A stretch of DNA of 64,000 nt from Trypanosoma brucei. Lineage: Eukaryota. Positions 1 through 11,420 of this stretch are shown piece after piece. The notes beneath the pieces were generated by a model. That model was not told where the DNA came from and searched no databases. It saw only the letters and a program-made list of their open reading frames with translations. Every line of letters starts with the position of its first letter. Position 1 is the stretch's first letter. The stretch spans positions 3,168,001 through 3,232,000 of the forward strand of contig CM000208.1 of NCBI GenBank assembly GCA_000002445.1. Direction: 5' to 3'. Both the position numbers and the translations under genes were made by a program.

Positions 1-3000
1 TGAATAACTTTGGAATCATTGACACTGCAAGCGCCCTCATTTCATCGTTGTCACTGCCCAACGACTCGATTGCGGCTCGAAACACCGCAGAGAGGCTTTC
101 GACAGATTCCGTAGAAATACCTAAACCAAAGGCTTCCGCAGCAGCTAGGGCACCGAGCTGCGTAGCTGGTGCCCGCAGCGCCTTCTGCCACTGCTCCTGT
201 GGTATGTGCTCATACCCCTGACTGAGACCCGCAATGAACTTCTGATACGACTCGCTGGCACCATCCAGCCTCTGCACTAGAAAAGCTAGGAGTATTTTAC
301 CCGTGTCAGGAATGTACCGCCGCATCTGGTCATCCGCTTCCTCCACATCGAGAATAGTGTCCAAAAGTTCCAAGTTGTGCTGCACGTATTTGCTCTGTCG
401 GTTGAGGTACCTGAATATAATCTCGAGTGCCACATTGGGTTTAACCTTTACCACCTCTACGACACCCCGAACGGAGGTTTCGAGTTGGGCCTCTGTGGCA
501 CTTTCAATAAGACCAGGTCCAACGATCTTTGAAACCTTCGCGAAGAGTTCACGGGCGCATTGCTGTACCTGAGGATCTTTCTCCTGCATACCTGGCAAAA
601 CACACCCCACAATCTGTCCCCCCATACCAATAAGACGTCGGCCGTCGACGTATCCAACAACACAAGTGAGACAAGTAAGAGCACCAAGCTTACTTCTGCG
701 GTCGTCTTCCTTGTAGCGGTCGCACAGAGTGTCAATGAATGGTTCAATCATCTCGCTGAGGCGCGACGTGAATTCGATGGTCTTATTCGCCATCTCCGCA
801 CAATCTGGATTTTCCGATGGGGCGTATATGACCAAAAGGTCGATCAAACCGCTGAAAATTTTTTTGACAGCTCCACATGGACTTGCCACACATGCCTGCC
901 ACGCGTTGTTAGACTCTGTTCGCACGTTAAGATTGTGTTCGTTACGGCCACAGAAAATGGCTGACAAAAGTCGCACAAATCCCTCAGTACCAAGGGCCTC
1001 TTCAAGAGCTCCTAGAACGGATATTCCGCGCTTCTCAACACTGCGAGCGGATTCCACCTGTAGGATTTCCATGGCTCCCGTATCGTCGTCCGCTGCCGGC
1101 TCACCGTTGGTTTGTTCGTCTTCTTTTCCTCCCTTCTCACCATCCTCAGGACCGCGTTCCTTGACCGACTGAACACGCATTTTCTTTCGTATGTTCTGTA
1201 CAATGTGAAGGAGTAACTTTGATGTTAGCAACAGGGAGCTGTGGCGCAACGTTGAGACCTCACTCAACACACCGTTCATCAACGGTTCAAGAACGAGAGC
1301 CAGATTTCGCGTGCCGTATAGGTTTATGATGCTTGAGCCTGCTGTCAATGCTACGTCACGAACACGGTCTGAAAAGTGGGAAAGACCTTCCAGAACCCAC
1401 GGAAATGCCATTGGCAGAAGTTGCTGAAAGGTTGTTGGGTTGAGGGTGGAAGGGGCGTACACTACAATGTGCAAGAAACCTTCCCTCACTGGTGGTCGTT
1501 CGTCAAGCATGCCAGTTTCAATAACTGCAAATGAGTCGTAGAGGACGGCGTCACCACAGCTTTCTACAATTTCAACAAAAACTTGCGCAGCTCCCGCTTT
1601 CTCAACACTGCTACCGTGCGACTTGTGCAGGTTTGAAAAGCACCACGCCACGATTTCATCAACAAGGGTACCGCCGATTGCAGCTGCGAGGGCGGCAATC
1701 GCTTTTGCGCTGGTGGTGCGAGTCTCTGTTTTGGGATCCTCTGCAGCCTCCTCCAACAGCGAGACGAGTTGTTGACAGTATGGCTTGAGTGACTGGGTGT
1801 CGTTGACGAGGTTTACCATTGATGCAACAATCTGCGCCGCTTTCGGCCGTGTGTGAGGCATCTGGTTACTGAGTCCGCGGGAGATAATAGGAATGATGAG
1901 AGCAAGTGAGGCCGGATCTACAGCGTTCACAAAGCGTGTGTAAAGCAGAGTATCCAGCGCATTTTCGGTTTCAGTATTAGGTGAGCGAAGGGCGGCGAGA
2001 ATGACTTCCACGTGCTCTCGGATTTCAGTATTAGATACGACACCAGCAACCCGCCGCAAGGCATTCATGGCTGCTGCCGACACGTTGTGGTTGACGTCGA
2101 ACAAACAGGCATTAATATGCTTCGTAATCTCTGGAAGTGTTGCTGCTAACTGCTTAGGTGAACAAAACGCAACATAACCTATGAAGTTAAGTGGCGGTAT
2201 GCGCATCTTTGCCTGATCCGCCGCGAGACCCTTCACTAGTCGAGGTATTAGTTGCCTCAAACCCACTGCGGTAAGAGAGCTAACCATCAACCGCGAGGCA
2301 TCATCAGCGCATTCAGACACCTTTTGATCCTTGTCGGCAACGCCCTCCAGCAACCCACTAGACATCGCAAGCGCATAGGGTTCAAATTTCGGGCCCATAA
2401 CTTCGGACAATACTTCAAGCAAAACCATTACACCCGAACGCTCGGCCTGTTTTTCACGCATAGATGCCTGCATCGTTTCCAATATGTTGTAGCGGCGCAG
2501 CGAAGTGAGTCCAAGTCCATGCAAAACACCGGCAACACCGTATGCATGTGCCTTTTTCTTGATGTATGAACCAGAGTGAAGAACCTGCTTCAGACACTTT
2601 TGAACAAACTCATCCAACTGGGGCAGCGAACACGCATCCTTGTTCTTTGTTACTTCAACCATCGAGTCACACACCGTGCGGTGAACCATTGCGGAGGTCG
2701 AATTATTGAGCGTGCTCCCTTGTTGCACAATTATAGACTCCAACAAAGAGTTTTCCTTCAGACGGCAGCCAATAATCGTTAACCACACGGTCGAAATGGC
2801 GAGGTAGAGCTCTTTATGAACTGGAGTTATATCCTTTGGTGGCTTACTTAAACGTACCTGCAGAGTTTGTGACATCGCTTTAAGGACAACCAATGAGCAG
2901 TCGTGTAATACGACGCGCCCACAGGAAAGCACCACGAGCATAAAGGGTTCCGTATTTGGTGACTCAACGATAGTGCATAAATAAAGAAGAACGTCTTGGA

Positions 3001-6000
3001 AAGCATCGCCTTTCAATGACGAAGAAAGTACCTCAATAGCCACAACCGACCCTAACCCCCCAATTTTGCAAATGTCCTTGAGCCATGAACGTTGCTGAAC
3101 ATCCGTTGTATTGGGTAATAGAAAGAGCTCGCGCATTGATGCGCTTATGCGAGTTGCGTGGTGTTTTTGTTGCTGACCGTAGGCTTGCAAAAAATAAGTG
3201 AGATCATTCCAGTCTGTCGGGCAAAGAGTAAAAGGGTGGCTTGAGTTTTGGGTGATACCCCGCATTGACCTTACAACATCCGTAGAGGAGTCATGAAGAA
3301 ACACCGCAGCTAGGGTTAAGGCACGACGGCAAGTCGAAAAGTGTGAAAACCTATGATATGCTGCCGCGGTTACTTCTTTCACTGTGTCTACCTGGTTGAA
3401 GAACCCCAGCTCCAGAGCAACAAGATGAGAAGTGGGAATCATTGCCATCAAAAGGTTGATCCCCTGTTGCACACTCTTAAACAGCGAAGGAAACCTCTGC
3501 AATATCGTGTACAGCAACTGTAGCGTCTCCGTCGGCTGCGGTAAGTTTGCCTGACCAATGTTCTGAATCAACACACCCATGATTTGGTGTTGAGTTGCGA
3601 GGGGAATTGTTGTACGAACAGCTTGGCTTCCACGACCGGCTTTGAATGCTACATGTGAGAACGGGAGCAGCACCACGAACAGCGGGGGAGGGAGCATTTT
3701 TGTCATTGACTGACGCAAATACGTCGCCATAGTAGAAACACGAGAAACATCGTCTACAGAGAGTGAGGCTTTTCCCTCTAACTCAGCAACCGTTCTGGAC
3801 ATGCCCTCAGCTATGTGTGCAAACGCTGTTCGTGAAAGGAGTCCAGCAATAGCATCAACAAGCAACCGCTCCAGTACTTCTGGCACATCGTTTCCACTCA
3901 ATGTTTCCTGCAAATAGGGAAAAAGTACCGCCACGCACTCGAGGGGGAAGTCGCCTGACGTGCCTAGAGTACGAACAGTCACAAGGGCAGTTTTCCGCTG
4001 TAACAGAATATCCTCAATAACCCTGCTGTGCTTTTGGATCTCTTTGCGGAGCTCCTCCCGACCCTTCTCAAGTGCGGCGGCATCCCTTCTTTTCATATCC
4101 TCAAAGTCATCCTCGGCCATGCCTTTGGGTGGTTTGGAGGGATAAGTTTTTAACAACTGCCGCTCTCGCAACGTCTTTTCCTCGTATTGCAACATTGCCG
4201 CCGGGGACGCAGCGGCTATCGCCCGGTCTCGCATATCCAAGGCAAGCATATACTCCACTGACTCTTTGACTGCATCAAGGAGCTTGTTAAAAATTATTTG
4301 TGACGAAGCAAACCCGGTCCTAGTTCCTAGGAGTAACACCAAACCGCGACTCGCCGCCGTGCGTAAGTGGACAGATTCACTGAAGTACCCACAGAGCCCA
4401 TCAACAAGTGCATCGTGGTGCAAAACCAGGAGATGTCTGTGTTCTCCGCTGAAGAGCGAATCAAATAGCCGCCGCTGGACAACCTTGGAGCTTGTCCGCA
4501 TGCGTCCCAAGAGCGAGTCGTTGTCACAGAAATAGTAAGGGTCTTCACCCTGAATATGATCATGGCCACAACAAATCACAAGTTCCCGAAGCGCGGTAGG
4601 AACTGCCATCTTGGCAGTGTGTTTTAGTAACGCCGAGGCGACGGGTAGTAGCGCACCGCAGGCAGAATTCGACAATATGTTTGTTTTTTCTTTCTCCTCC
4701 AGCCCGAATACAACATGGGTAACACTGTCCCATAACGCAATAGCGGCACTTGCATCACTTGCAAGATCCTCTACAGAGTATGAGAGGCGTCGGCGCAGTA
4801 ACCCACTTCTGTGCGTAAGAAGAAGAGCCATTGGAGAAAAAACAAATACGTTTGCGAGCGCAACCGCCGTCTCCGCGAGGGCATCCAACTCGTCTCTACT
4901 CTCCCCAATCCGTGAAACCACATCAGCCCGGCACAAGACTGTGCAAAGTTTAGGGGAAACTTTTGCTTTACTTTCTACAAGAGACCGGAGCGCTATGAAG
5001 GCAGCTGGCCTATAGGCATCCACTTCCTCACAACTATCAAAGAGAAGTTCATTCAACCCCTCGATAACATCGCTCGGTGCCCGCTTGGGGGAAATATACA
5101 GTGCCATGGCCCATCTCACCTCCTCATTACCTTTGGCACTTTTGAGCGCGGCCCGCATTTCGTCCACGACACGGTTCTCCACACCACTGACCTGAAGCAG
5201 CCTCCAGGCTGCTTTAACAGCATCTGCAGAATGACTCACCAAATCTCTCTCTATAATCTTTACAATGTCTTCCTGACGGACCCTTAAGCGAGACGTTTCG
5301 GATGATGCACGCAAAACAGCACTGGTGAGGATCATGATCGATGCCTTTTCCGTTGAAGCGCAGCATTTTTGCATAACGGCAGCGGCGGCCCGAACAAACA
5401 AGGGTAACAATTCTTCCTCCATCCCTATTCCAAGAAAAATCAAACAGTAGAGTGTTTCCCATTCCTGTGCGACCTCGGGGGTAAGTATCTTCCCTTTGTT
5501 CACAAACGGCATGAGCAACTGGAAGAAGCTGTCTTCACCATGGGTCATGAAATAGCCTCTCTTGTCACTCACAGGAAGCGCCAGGATGACAGTCAGGTAA
5601 TCGCGGGTGCTGTTTAACGAACAATTAGTGAGTCCCATGTTGTAAAGACATAACTGTATCACCTCTTCCGCTTTATCGACCAGCAACGATCCGGGAACAG
5701 GCCTCTTTCCAAGAAGGTGAAGCATCAGCATCGGTGAGCTCTTCACTGTCTGCTGCACTGTTTCCTTCGAAATAGGGCATGACCACGAGGGAAACACGGA
5801 CAGCGTCAATGCTTGCGGTGGTGGAAGTTTCTCAATGAGGGCACCCCATTTCTCGCGCAAGTGGTTGCAACTCTTTTCCAGAATCCGCCGAAGCCGCCGC
5901 ATGGGACCACACAACAATACGTTTTCATTGCCAACGGGTATGTTGAGGGACAAACTTGAAAAAGAGTGTTTCCTACACGCTGCATGAAGCTTGGCGTAGT

Positions 6001-6532
6001 GCAGAACCACCGTAGCAAATATGTTCAAGAATAGTGTTTGCTCTTCTCCCGCTTGGGGTACGGCATCTCCCTTAAATAACGGTGGCGCCGCCGCTTTGAG
6101 AATTTCCTCCGCACAGCGCAGTGCAGTGCGGGAGTAACCCATAGGTAAGGTCGCTGTTTGGTGAAGAATGCTTGTCCACTCTTCACGCGTCAGCGGTGTG
6201 TCCCTCACGACGAGAGGGAGAAGTTGTCGTTGCAGCTGCCGCTGGTACCTGATAGGAAAGCTTGGTATTTTTGCTGCACCCAACACACATTGAATAACAG
6301 ACACTGCGGGCAGGCGCTGAAGCGGTCGCGCGGCCAATGCGTTAATGTTCTCAGGTACTTCGGTTGTACGTAGCCCCGCCTCCTGTTGTTCTTGAACCCC
6401 CTTCACATATTGGTTAAGCAGGGCCACCTCACGCTCAGTGAGGGGATGTGAGTAATTGAAAAGTACCTTGACAGCACGCGGGATGAGCGGAGACCCTCGC
6501 TGAAATGCTGCAACAACACCGCGAATATCCAT
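1..6532 (-). CDS. Very large HEAT/ARM-repeat-like protein, 5' partial (N-terminal >=2177 aa; C-terminus beyond window start)
   Basis: Minus-strand ATG at 6532 (plus-strand 'cat' at 6530-6532). The frame (first bases congruent to 1 mod 3) is the only minus frame with no complete ORF listed between 1 and 6530, as expected for an ORF that runs off the window edge. Hand translation at both ends shows no stops (MDIRGVVAAFQRGSPLIPRAVKVLFNY... through ...LGSDNDEMRALAVSMIPKVF). The plus strand here has only short ORFs. The translation is leucine/alanine-rich helical-repeat sequence typical of HEAT/ARM solenoids. Confidence 0.55.
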   Translation of the reverse strand, partial: MDIRGVVAAFQRGSPLIPRAVKVLFNYSHPLTEREVALLNQYVKGVQEQQEAGLRTTEVPENINALAARPLQRLPAVSVIQCVLGAAKIPSFPIRYQRQLQRQLLPLVVRDTPLTREEWTSILHQTATLPMGYSRTALRCAEEILKAAAPPLFKGDAVPQAGEEQTLFLNIFATVVLHYAKLHAACRKHSFSSLSLNIPVGNENVLLCGPMRRLRRILEKSCNHLREKWGALIEKLPPPQALTLSVFPSWSCPISKETVQQTVKSSPMLMLHLLGKRPVPGSLLVDKAEEVIQLCLYNMGLTNCSLNSTRDYLTVILALPVSDKRGYFMTHGEDSFFQLLMPFVNKGKILTPEVAQEWETLYCLIFLGIGMEEELLPLFVRAAAAVMQKCCASTEKASIMILTSAVLRASSETSRLRVRQEDIVKIIERDLVSHSADAVKAAWRLLQVSGVENRVVDEMRAALKSAKGNEEVRWAMALYISPKRAPSDVIEGLNELLFDSCEEVDAYRPAAFIALRSLVESKAKVSPKLCTVLCRADVVSRIGESRDELDALAETAVALANVFVFSPMALLLTHRSGLLRRRLSYSVEDLASDASAAIALWDSVTHVVFGLEEKEKTNILSNSACGALLPVASALLKHTAKMAVPTALRELVICCGHDHIQGEDPYYFCDNDSLLGRMRTSSKVVQRRLFDSLFSGEHRHLLVLHHDALVDGLCGYFSESVHLRTAASRGLVLLLGTRTGFASSQIIFNKLLDAVKESVEYMLALDMRDRAIAAASPAAMLQYEEKTLRERQLLKTYPSKPPKGMAEDDFEDMKRRDAAALEKGREELRKEIQKHSRVIEDILLQRKTALVTVRTLGTSGDFPLECVAVLFPYLQETLSGNDVPEVLERLLVDAIAGLLSRTAFAHIAEGMSRTVAELEGKASLSVDDVSRVSTMATYLRQSMTKMLPPPLFVVLLPFSHVAFKAGRGSQAVRTTIPLATQHQIMGVLIQNIGQANLPQPTETLQLLYTILQRFPSLFKSVQQGINLLMAMIPTSHLVALELGFFNQVDTVKEVTAAAYHRFSHFSTCRRALTLAAVFLHDSSTDVVRSMRGITQNSSHPFTLCPTDWNDLTYFLQAYGQQQKHHATRISASMRELFLLPNTTDVQQRSWLKDICKIGGLGSVVAIEVLSSSLKGDAFQDVLLYLCTIVESPNTEPFMLVVLSCGRVVLHDCSLVVLKAMSQTLQVRLSKPPKDITPVHKELYLAISTVWLTIIGCRLKENSLLESIIVQQGSTLNNSTSAMVHRTVCDSMVEVTKNKDACSLPQLDEFVQKCLKQVLHSGSYIKKKAHAYGVAGVLHGLGLTSLRRYNILETMQASMREKQAERSGVMVLLEVLSEVMGPKFEPYALAMSSGLLEGVADKDQKVSECADDASRLMVSSLTAVGLRQLIPRLVKGLAADQAKMRIPPLNFIGYVAFCSPKQLAATLPEITKHINACLFDVNHNVSAAAMNALRRVAGVVSNTEIREHVEVILAALRSPNTETENALDTLLYTRFVNAVDPASLALIIPIISRGLSNQMPHTRPKAAQIVASMVNLVNDTQSLKPYCQQLVSLLEEAAEDPKTETRTTSAKAIAALAAAIGGTLVDEIVAWCFSNLHKSHGSSVEKAGAAQVFVEIVESCGDAVLYDSFAVIETGMLDERPPVREGFLHIVVYAPSTLNPTTFQQLLPMAFPWVLEGLSHFSDRVRDVALTAGSSIINLYGTRNLALVLEPLMNGVLSEVSTLRHSSLLLTSKLLLHIVQNIRKKMRVQSVKERGPEDGEKGGKEDEQTNGEPAADDDTGAMEILQVESARSVEKRGISVLGALEEALGTEGFVRLLSAIFCGRNEHNLNVRTESNNAWQACVASPCGAVKKIFSGLIDLLVIYAPSENPDCAEMANKTIEFTSRLSEMIEPFIDTLCDRYKEDDRRSKLGALTCLTCVVGYVDGRRLIGMGGQIVGCVLPGMQEKDPQVQQCARELFAKVSKIVGPGLIESATEAQLETSVRGVVEVVKVKPNVALEIIFRYLNRQSKYVQHNLELLDTILDVEEADDQMRRYIPDTGKILLAFLVQRLDGASESYQKFIAGLSQGYEHIPQEQWQKALRAPATQLGALAAAEAFGLGISTESVESLSAVFRAAIESLGSDNDEMRALAVSMIPKLF

Positions 6533-7173
6533 GTTGCTTGCGCCTGTGCCCCTGTTAATGGTCGCACCTGGTTTTATACTTAACGATACTATTTTTTTTT
6601 TTCCTCCCCCGTTTATTTTTATTTGTTGCTTGTCTGCTACTTTCCCCTCTCTGATATGTAAGCACATTCCGGTAAACCGAAAAAAAGCGGGGGCAAACGA
6701 GCACTTGGTAGCGTGAACTCAAACAGTTTCATCGTCGCAAATCCTTCAAAGTAAGGTTAACAACAATGAAAGAGGGAATTTGCACAACACCTGCAGGAAA
6801 GAAAAGAAGCTCCATGTCGATGAGGTTTCTAGTGCCCGCTGCAGTTAGGCCGTCGAGAGGGATATCTCGGGAACCGAGCTTAAACATGCAGTGCGAGGTT
6901 TCAGACGCCGTCCCACAACTCCATCACCCTCTTCCTCATTCGAATTGAGAGAGGATGCACGGTATGATGTTGTGGGAAGAGAGTACACGCAGAATTCAAA
7001 AAGGTAGCGCAGAAGCCATCATTCGACCACTTGGGGAATGCAAAACATACGCCCTTCTTCCCTGGTCATCATTCCGCGCTTCCAAGTCGTTGTTTTAGTA
7101 TGTGGCGGAAAAAAAAACAATTTTTAAATCTAAGTTTTACGTCACACAGTAAGGCCTCCACCAGCGCGAGCGG

Positions 7174-8412
7174 TCACTCCACTTTCCTTACGGAGCCCTC
7201 AAGATTTCGCACATTCCACCATATTTGCCCAACGTGGCATACAACAGCTAGCACCGCTGCAGTTGGCGGGCAGCTAACGAATATCAGACAGACCAAAATA
7301 ACACCTGCAAGTGGCAGCGGATCGGTTTGCGGCAGTTTTGCGCAATGTGCGTAAATGGGAATGTGAACAATGGAACTACACGTGCATGCCATGGTAATGA
7401 TCCACAAAGCAACGTACGAGAAGGGCCCCAAGGTATAGGTCCCATACCCACCCTTTTCTATGTGGACAGCGTGGCACGGTATGATGGCAAGTAGCAGAGC
7501 CAAGTTGAGAACCAACATGATCGTTGGAAGACGAAGAAACATGCTTTTGCTTTTCGCACCAATATTCACGAGGACAAAGCACTGCGAGATCCAACATACG
7601 ACAAGCCCTGCGTCGATACACCGTAGAGGAATCAGTTGCCGTGCCCACGACTCAGGGAGTACCGCATTCAGGAGGGCAGGTGAGAATGTTGCTTTTCCAA
7701 CATTAGGGAACATAAGTGATATCCAACTCGTAAGAAAGAAAAACAACATTGCCTCGTCAACAGACACAAACCGATTGCCCCATATGAAGATATTTTTCTC
7801 ATAGTGGAGCGTGTGCGAAAGAATCGTGGGCAGGGCCACAAGGGCAGTCGTGACTGCAACATTGGAGAACGAGAATCCAAGTACAGACATTGAAACGCAG
7901 GTCGACATCAACGAAGTAACACAATCTAACCCGTGGTCTAGATATTCACCAATGTTGCTGGTTTTCTTCAAGCGACGAGCAAGGCAGCCGTCAGTATTAT
8001 CAGCAACACAGTAAATAAGGTTGAGAAACCCACAGAGTAGCAGCATGGATGTGGGTGTAAACACAGAGTTAAAGTATGGCTGCAGCATTGATGGGTAAAG
8101 CGGTGAAGGACCCGGGGCATCCATCCACTTAGGGCTTTTGATCAGAAAATACGAGCCGGGAACAAACGTCGCGAACGGGGGTTCAAAAAATGTGTTCAGT
8201 GGCATAGCTGTAAGCAGTAACAATGATGAAACGACTGTTGCAAAAATACCGGTTAGCGTCACTTTGTTTGGGGTCCATGTTGTTGGGTAAAGCGATGCCG
8301 CATATTTGTATACCGGACTCAATACATACTCGAAGAGGTACGACAGTTGTGGCACCACCGGCGACGACAGGTCCTCGCACCGCGTAGAAGTGAGTAAGTC
8401 TACTACTCCCAT
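7174..8412 (-). CDS. CDP-alcohol phosphotransferase (ethanolamine/choline phosphotransferase-like), multi-pass membrane protein
   Basis: The ORF contains the CDP-OH phosphotransferase motif D-G-x2-A-R-x8-G-x3-D-x3-D as 'DGCLARRLKKTSNIGEYLDHGLD', plus multiple hydrophobic segments. Start is placed at Met37 (MGVVDLL..., 'cat' at 8410-8412). An upstream in-frame Met at 8520 also exists. Confidence 0.7.
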   Translation of the reverse strand: MGVVDLLTSTRCEDLSSPVVPQLSYLFEYVLSPVYKYAASLYPTTWTPNKVTLTGIFATVVSSLLLLTAMPLNTFFEPPFATFVPGSYFLIKSPKWMDAPGPSPLYPSMLQPYFNSVFTPTSMLLLCGFLNLIYCVADNTDGCLARRLKKTSNIGEYLDHGLDCVTSLMSTCVSMSVLGFSFSNVAVTTALVALPTILSHTLHYEKNIFIWGNRFVSVDEAMLFFFLTSWISLMFPNVGKATFSPALLNAVLPESWARQLIPLRCIDAGLVVCWISQCFVLVNIGAKSKSMFLRLPTIMLVLNLALLLAIIPCHAVHIEKGGYGTYTLGPFSYVALWIITMACTCSSIVHIPIYAHCAKLPQTDPLPLAGVILVCLIFVSCPPTAAVLAVVCHVGQIWWNVRNLEGSVRKVE

Positions 8413-8742
8413 ATATTCTCCCCTCCTTCCGCTACGTTTAGTGTTTCCCTCCAATTTAACGCGAGAGGAGGCGTGATACTGGGTGCCCGGTAAAATACAA
8501 GAAGCAGATCCTTTGTGCACGTACTTACGTAATAAAAATATGAAGAAAAAATAAATAGAAATACGCTATCAAATATAATTGATGCCTGTTGTCCTTCCTT
8601 CTTTCCCTTCTCTTTCACGCTCACCCTCTAGGGTTCCCACAAAGGGAAGAGTGATCAAATGGAAGGGGAAAAACACATCTGCGTAACGTTTATTGCGATA
8701 AAGCATGTAACCATACACTTACAGAATTAACTCCCATCGCGA

Positions 8743-9591
8743 CTAGTGTACCATCATCAACCCACGTCCCCCAATGTTTTCCTTTACGGCGTGAATGTGG
8801 TCAATAATTCGATTGTCTGCCGTCCTGCAGATATATACGACAAGGCGGTTGTGTATCCCATGCGTATTGAGCAGCCGCCGCATCATCTTTGGACTCCATT
8901 CGAACTCTGTTCTTCCGTCATACGAACAAGGTTCAATGACATTGATTGTAGAGTCCCCCTGAAAGTATTTCAATTCCACCGCGAAGGCACGGTCGTTATG
9001 AAAGTCACGAAACCCAGCCACGAGACCGTGGTCGTGCATTACCCGCGCGCATCCTCGTGTTTCAATGGTGGAAGGTACGACAACGAACCGCTTCCGTTGC
9101 TCCGTTGCCTCCCGAATCCGATGACAGAAGTCATATATTGGAGTATACAAGTTCTCCTCCCGCCTGCGCGGCACGCGCTTTTCTATCTGGACTCGGTCGT
9201 CATCCTGGACACTCGGTTTGTCGTACGTCCCGTAGTATAACGCATGGTCCCCCTTATGCTGAAAGAAAAGCCTCGTGATAGGATCAGCAGGGAGGTCGCG
9301 CCGGCGCTCTACTCCCGGTAAATCAACGAGTGGGGTTTGTGGTACAGCTTCATGGGAACTGACTGCCTCACTGCGTTGCAGTCGCGCCTGCATTGGCATT
9401 CGCTCCTCCTCCAGCAGCGCGTTCAACTGCTGGCGGAGCAATCTCTCATCCCGTTTGACATCGTTGGCAACAGCGAAGAGGCTCCCTTCTCGCTCTCGCT
9501 TCCCATGCAGAAGACGATGCCCTTGCGCCGCACCTAAAGGGGGCACCGCCCCGTAAACCTTCGCCAGAGAAAGAAGCGACTGGCGGAGCAT
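8743..9591 (-). CDS. Hypothetical protein (282 aa), no motif recognised
   Basis: Complete 282-aa ORF on the cluster's coding strand with non-low-complexity composition. The overlapping plus-strand ORFs look like antisense shadows. Confidence 0.45.
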   Translation of the reverse strand: MLRQSLLSLAKVYGAVPPLGAAQGHRLLHGKREREGSLFAVANDVKRDERLLRQQLNALLEEERMPMQARLQRSEAVSSHEAVPQTPLVDLPGVERRRDLPADPITRLFFQHKGDHALYYGTYDKPSVQDDDRVQIEKRVPRRREENLYTPIYDFCHRIREATEQRKRFVVVPSTIETRGCARVMHDHGLVAGFRDFHNDRAFAVELKYFQGDSTINVIEPCSYDGRTEFEWSPKMMRRLLNTHGIHNRLVVYICRTADNRIIDHIHAVKENIGGRGLMMVH

Positions 9592-10216
9592 TCTAAACAG
9601 CTAATCCACTTCCTCAAGGTCCGCAGGTACACGTCGAAACCCTACCACTTACCTATTTCACAACAAAGATACGTCCCCCTCTTCGGCGTGCAGCTTCCAA
9701 GGCGAAAGCGCCCCTATCTGTATCTCTTATTTACCAGCTCTCACCTTTCGCCGTGCCACCGCGAATGAAATTGTAGGAAGGTTTTACAACTCGAAGAAAG
9801 TGGTGCACTGGCCGGCAAGAAAATTTGAATAAACCACTGGGTTTTTCTAGTGAACCGTACCGTAATTCCGTCCACAGAGTTAAACCCTGTCAAGCGGCGA
9901 AAAGTGAGGAACTGGTATCGAAAAAGGAAGAAGAGTAAAAACAAGTACAAGCACTAGGTAAGGTGGTCAACGGGTAAACCGCTAGGTTTACTTTCACCCA
10001 AACAGTTGTTACCTAGGCATTTATTTTCCTCTTAATGTTGCACCAACGTGTTAGCAATCGTCCATCCTTTACACAAAAAATATTATAAACGCATCACAGC
10101 TGGTGTTAACCGAGGGCATCGTTTGAATCGAATACCCTGCATTTAATGAAGGAATGCATCCATTTTGGGTTCACTTGCAGTCACAACTTCCCAAAAAGAG
10201 ACGAGCGGTATCGTAG

Positions 10217-11116
10217 CTAAATAACATGTCGATACATTTCGTACGTTGAGCCTTCATCGGTCCTACGCTCGATCCGTATGATGCTTCCGCGGGGAAGGTC
10301 CAAATACTCAACCATTGGGTCGTCGTTAAGTATACGCGGAAGTTGCGTAATCATCAGCTTCCTTTGCTCCAGGAACGCCCGGACTTCAACATCCGTCATC
10401 GGCACGTGTTTCGGCACCGATTGGTGCCTTGATATGTTGTATGCGAGCTCATCCTCCTCGAATACCTGAATCCGAATAACCTGCCCTGTTGTACCGGGAT
10501 GGAGGCCGCCTCCCGCTTCACGGATACTTCGCCGACCTCCGCGAACCTTAGACCCAACCACAACGATCATAGAACTGGCATTTCTCCGTTGTGCCACCTC
10601 TCGAAGGTTATTTAGGACATCCACGCCAAGTGATTGAACAAAGAACGCACACAGAATTGTTTCGTTCTTTTTTCGACTAGAAGGCTCGGCTGTGGGGCCC
10701 CTTCCATCCACCTCATCTTCCGTTTTGCAACTGATTGCCCCACCCCCGAAACCGATTCGAGAGGATGACCCCTTACACACAAGCTCCAGCGAAGAGTAAA
10801 GGAAATCTTGTGAAGCATCACGGAGCGCTTTTGTACGCTTCGATTTCGACGGATCCTTTCCCGGCCTCCCTTCCTGCTTCGCCTCCTCTTCTTCTTCAGC
10901 GGTCGTCTGCCGGTGACGTTGTAAATAAGAAGAGCATCTTTGGGTAAACCACTGGTAATTCAGGCCATCCGTTATATCGTACAACCTTGAATCGCGGATT
11001 GCATTGGCAACATCGGACGGATGACTTACGACAAAACCACGGTCAATGGCCATTTGAATTACAGTATTGAATGCGCGGTACAACCGTATCATCTTGAAAC
11101 TTTTGACGGAATCCAT
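10217..11116 (-). CDS. RPB5-like RNA polymerase subunit, long divergent paralog (candidate RPB5z-type isoform)
   Basis: The N-terminus MIRLYRAFNTVIQMAIDRGFVV and C-terminus HQSVPKH...QLPRILNDDPMVEYLDLPRGSIIRIERRTDEGSTYEMYRHVI match the RPB5/ABC27 core (HELVPKH...QLPRI..DPVARY.G.KRGQVVKI.R.SETAGRY.TYR). There is a central roughly 80-aa insertion with an acidic/lysine-rich tract (EEEEEAKQEGRPGKDPSKSKRTK). Confidence 0.7.
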   Translation of the reverse strand: MDSVKSFKMIRLYRAFNTVIQMAIDRGFVVSHPSDVANAIRDSRLYDITDGLNYQWFTQRCSSYLQRHRQTTAEEEEEAKQEGRPGKDPSKSKRTKALRDASQDFLYSSLELVCKGSSSRIGFGGGAISCKTEDEVDGRGPTAEPSSRKKNETILCAFFVQSLGVDVLNNLREVAQRRNASSMIVVVGSKVRGGRRSIREAGGGLHPGTTGQVIRIQVFEEDELAYNISRHQSVPKHVPMTDVEVRAFLEQRKLMITQLPRILNDDPMVEYLDLPRGSIIRIERRTDEGSTYEMYRHVI

Positions 11117-11420
11117 ATTGTAGCGTGCTGGAGAACTAAACGAGGGAGGGTATAGTTGCTAATGGGGGTATGCTTGTTCCGTGTTGTACTGCTTTGTCTG
11201 GACTATTAAACGGAAGAGCCTATATTTTAATGCGCCACCCTGCGTGCACATAATAAAAGGGCAGGCAGCGAGAATGAAATGGTAAAGAAAGATGTATAAG
11301 TAAGAAATTTTCGCTATTCGGCAACGTAACAGTATGTGGTGAGTTCTGACACAACAAAGGCATTAGAAAACTTGTTGCGCCATGCACACCTTGTTATAAA
11401 TGGGTAGAAATAATACTGTC

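Noticed and set aside
1-6532. Calling the giant HEAT-repeat ORF a TOR kinase.
   Set aside because: Only helical-repeat N-terminal sequence is visible. The FAT/kinase domains that would prove it lie outside the window.
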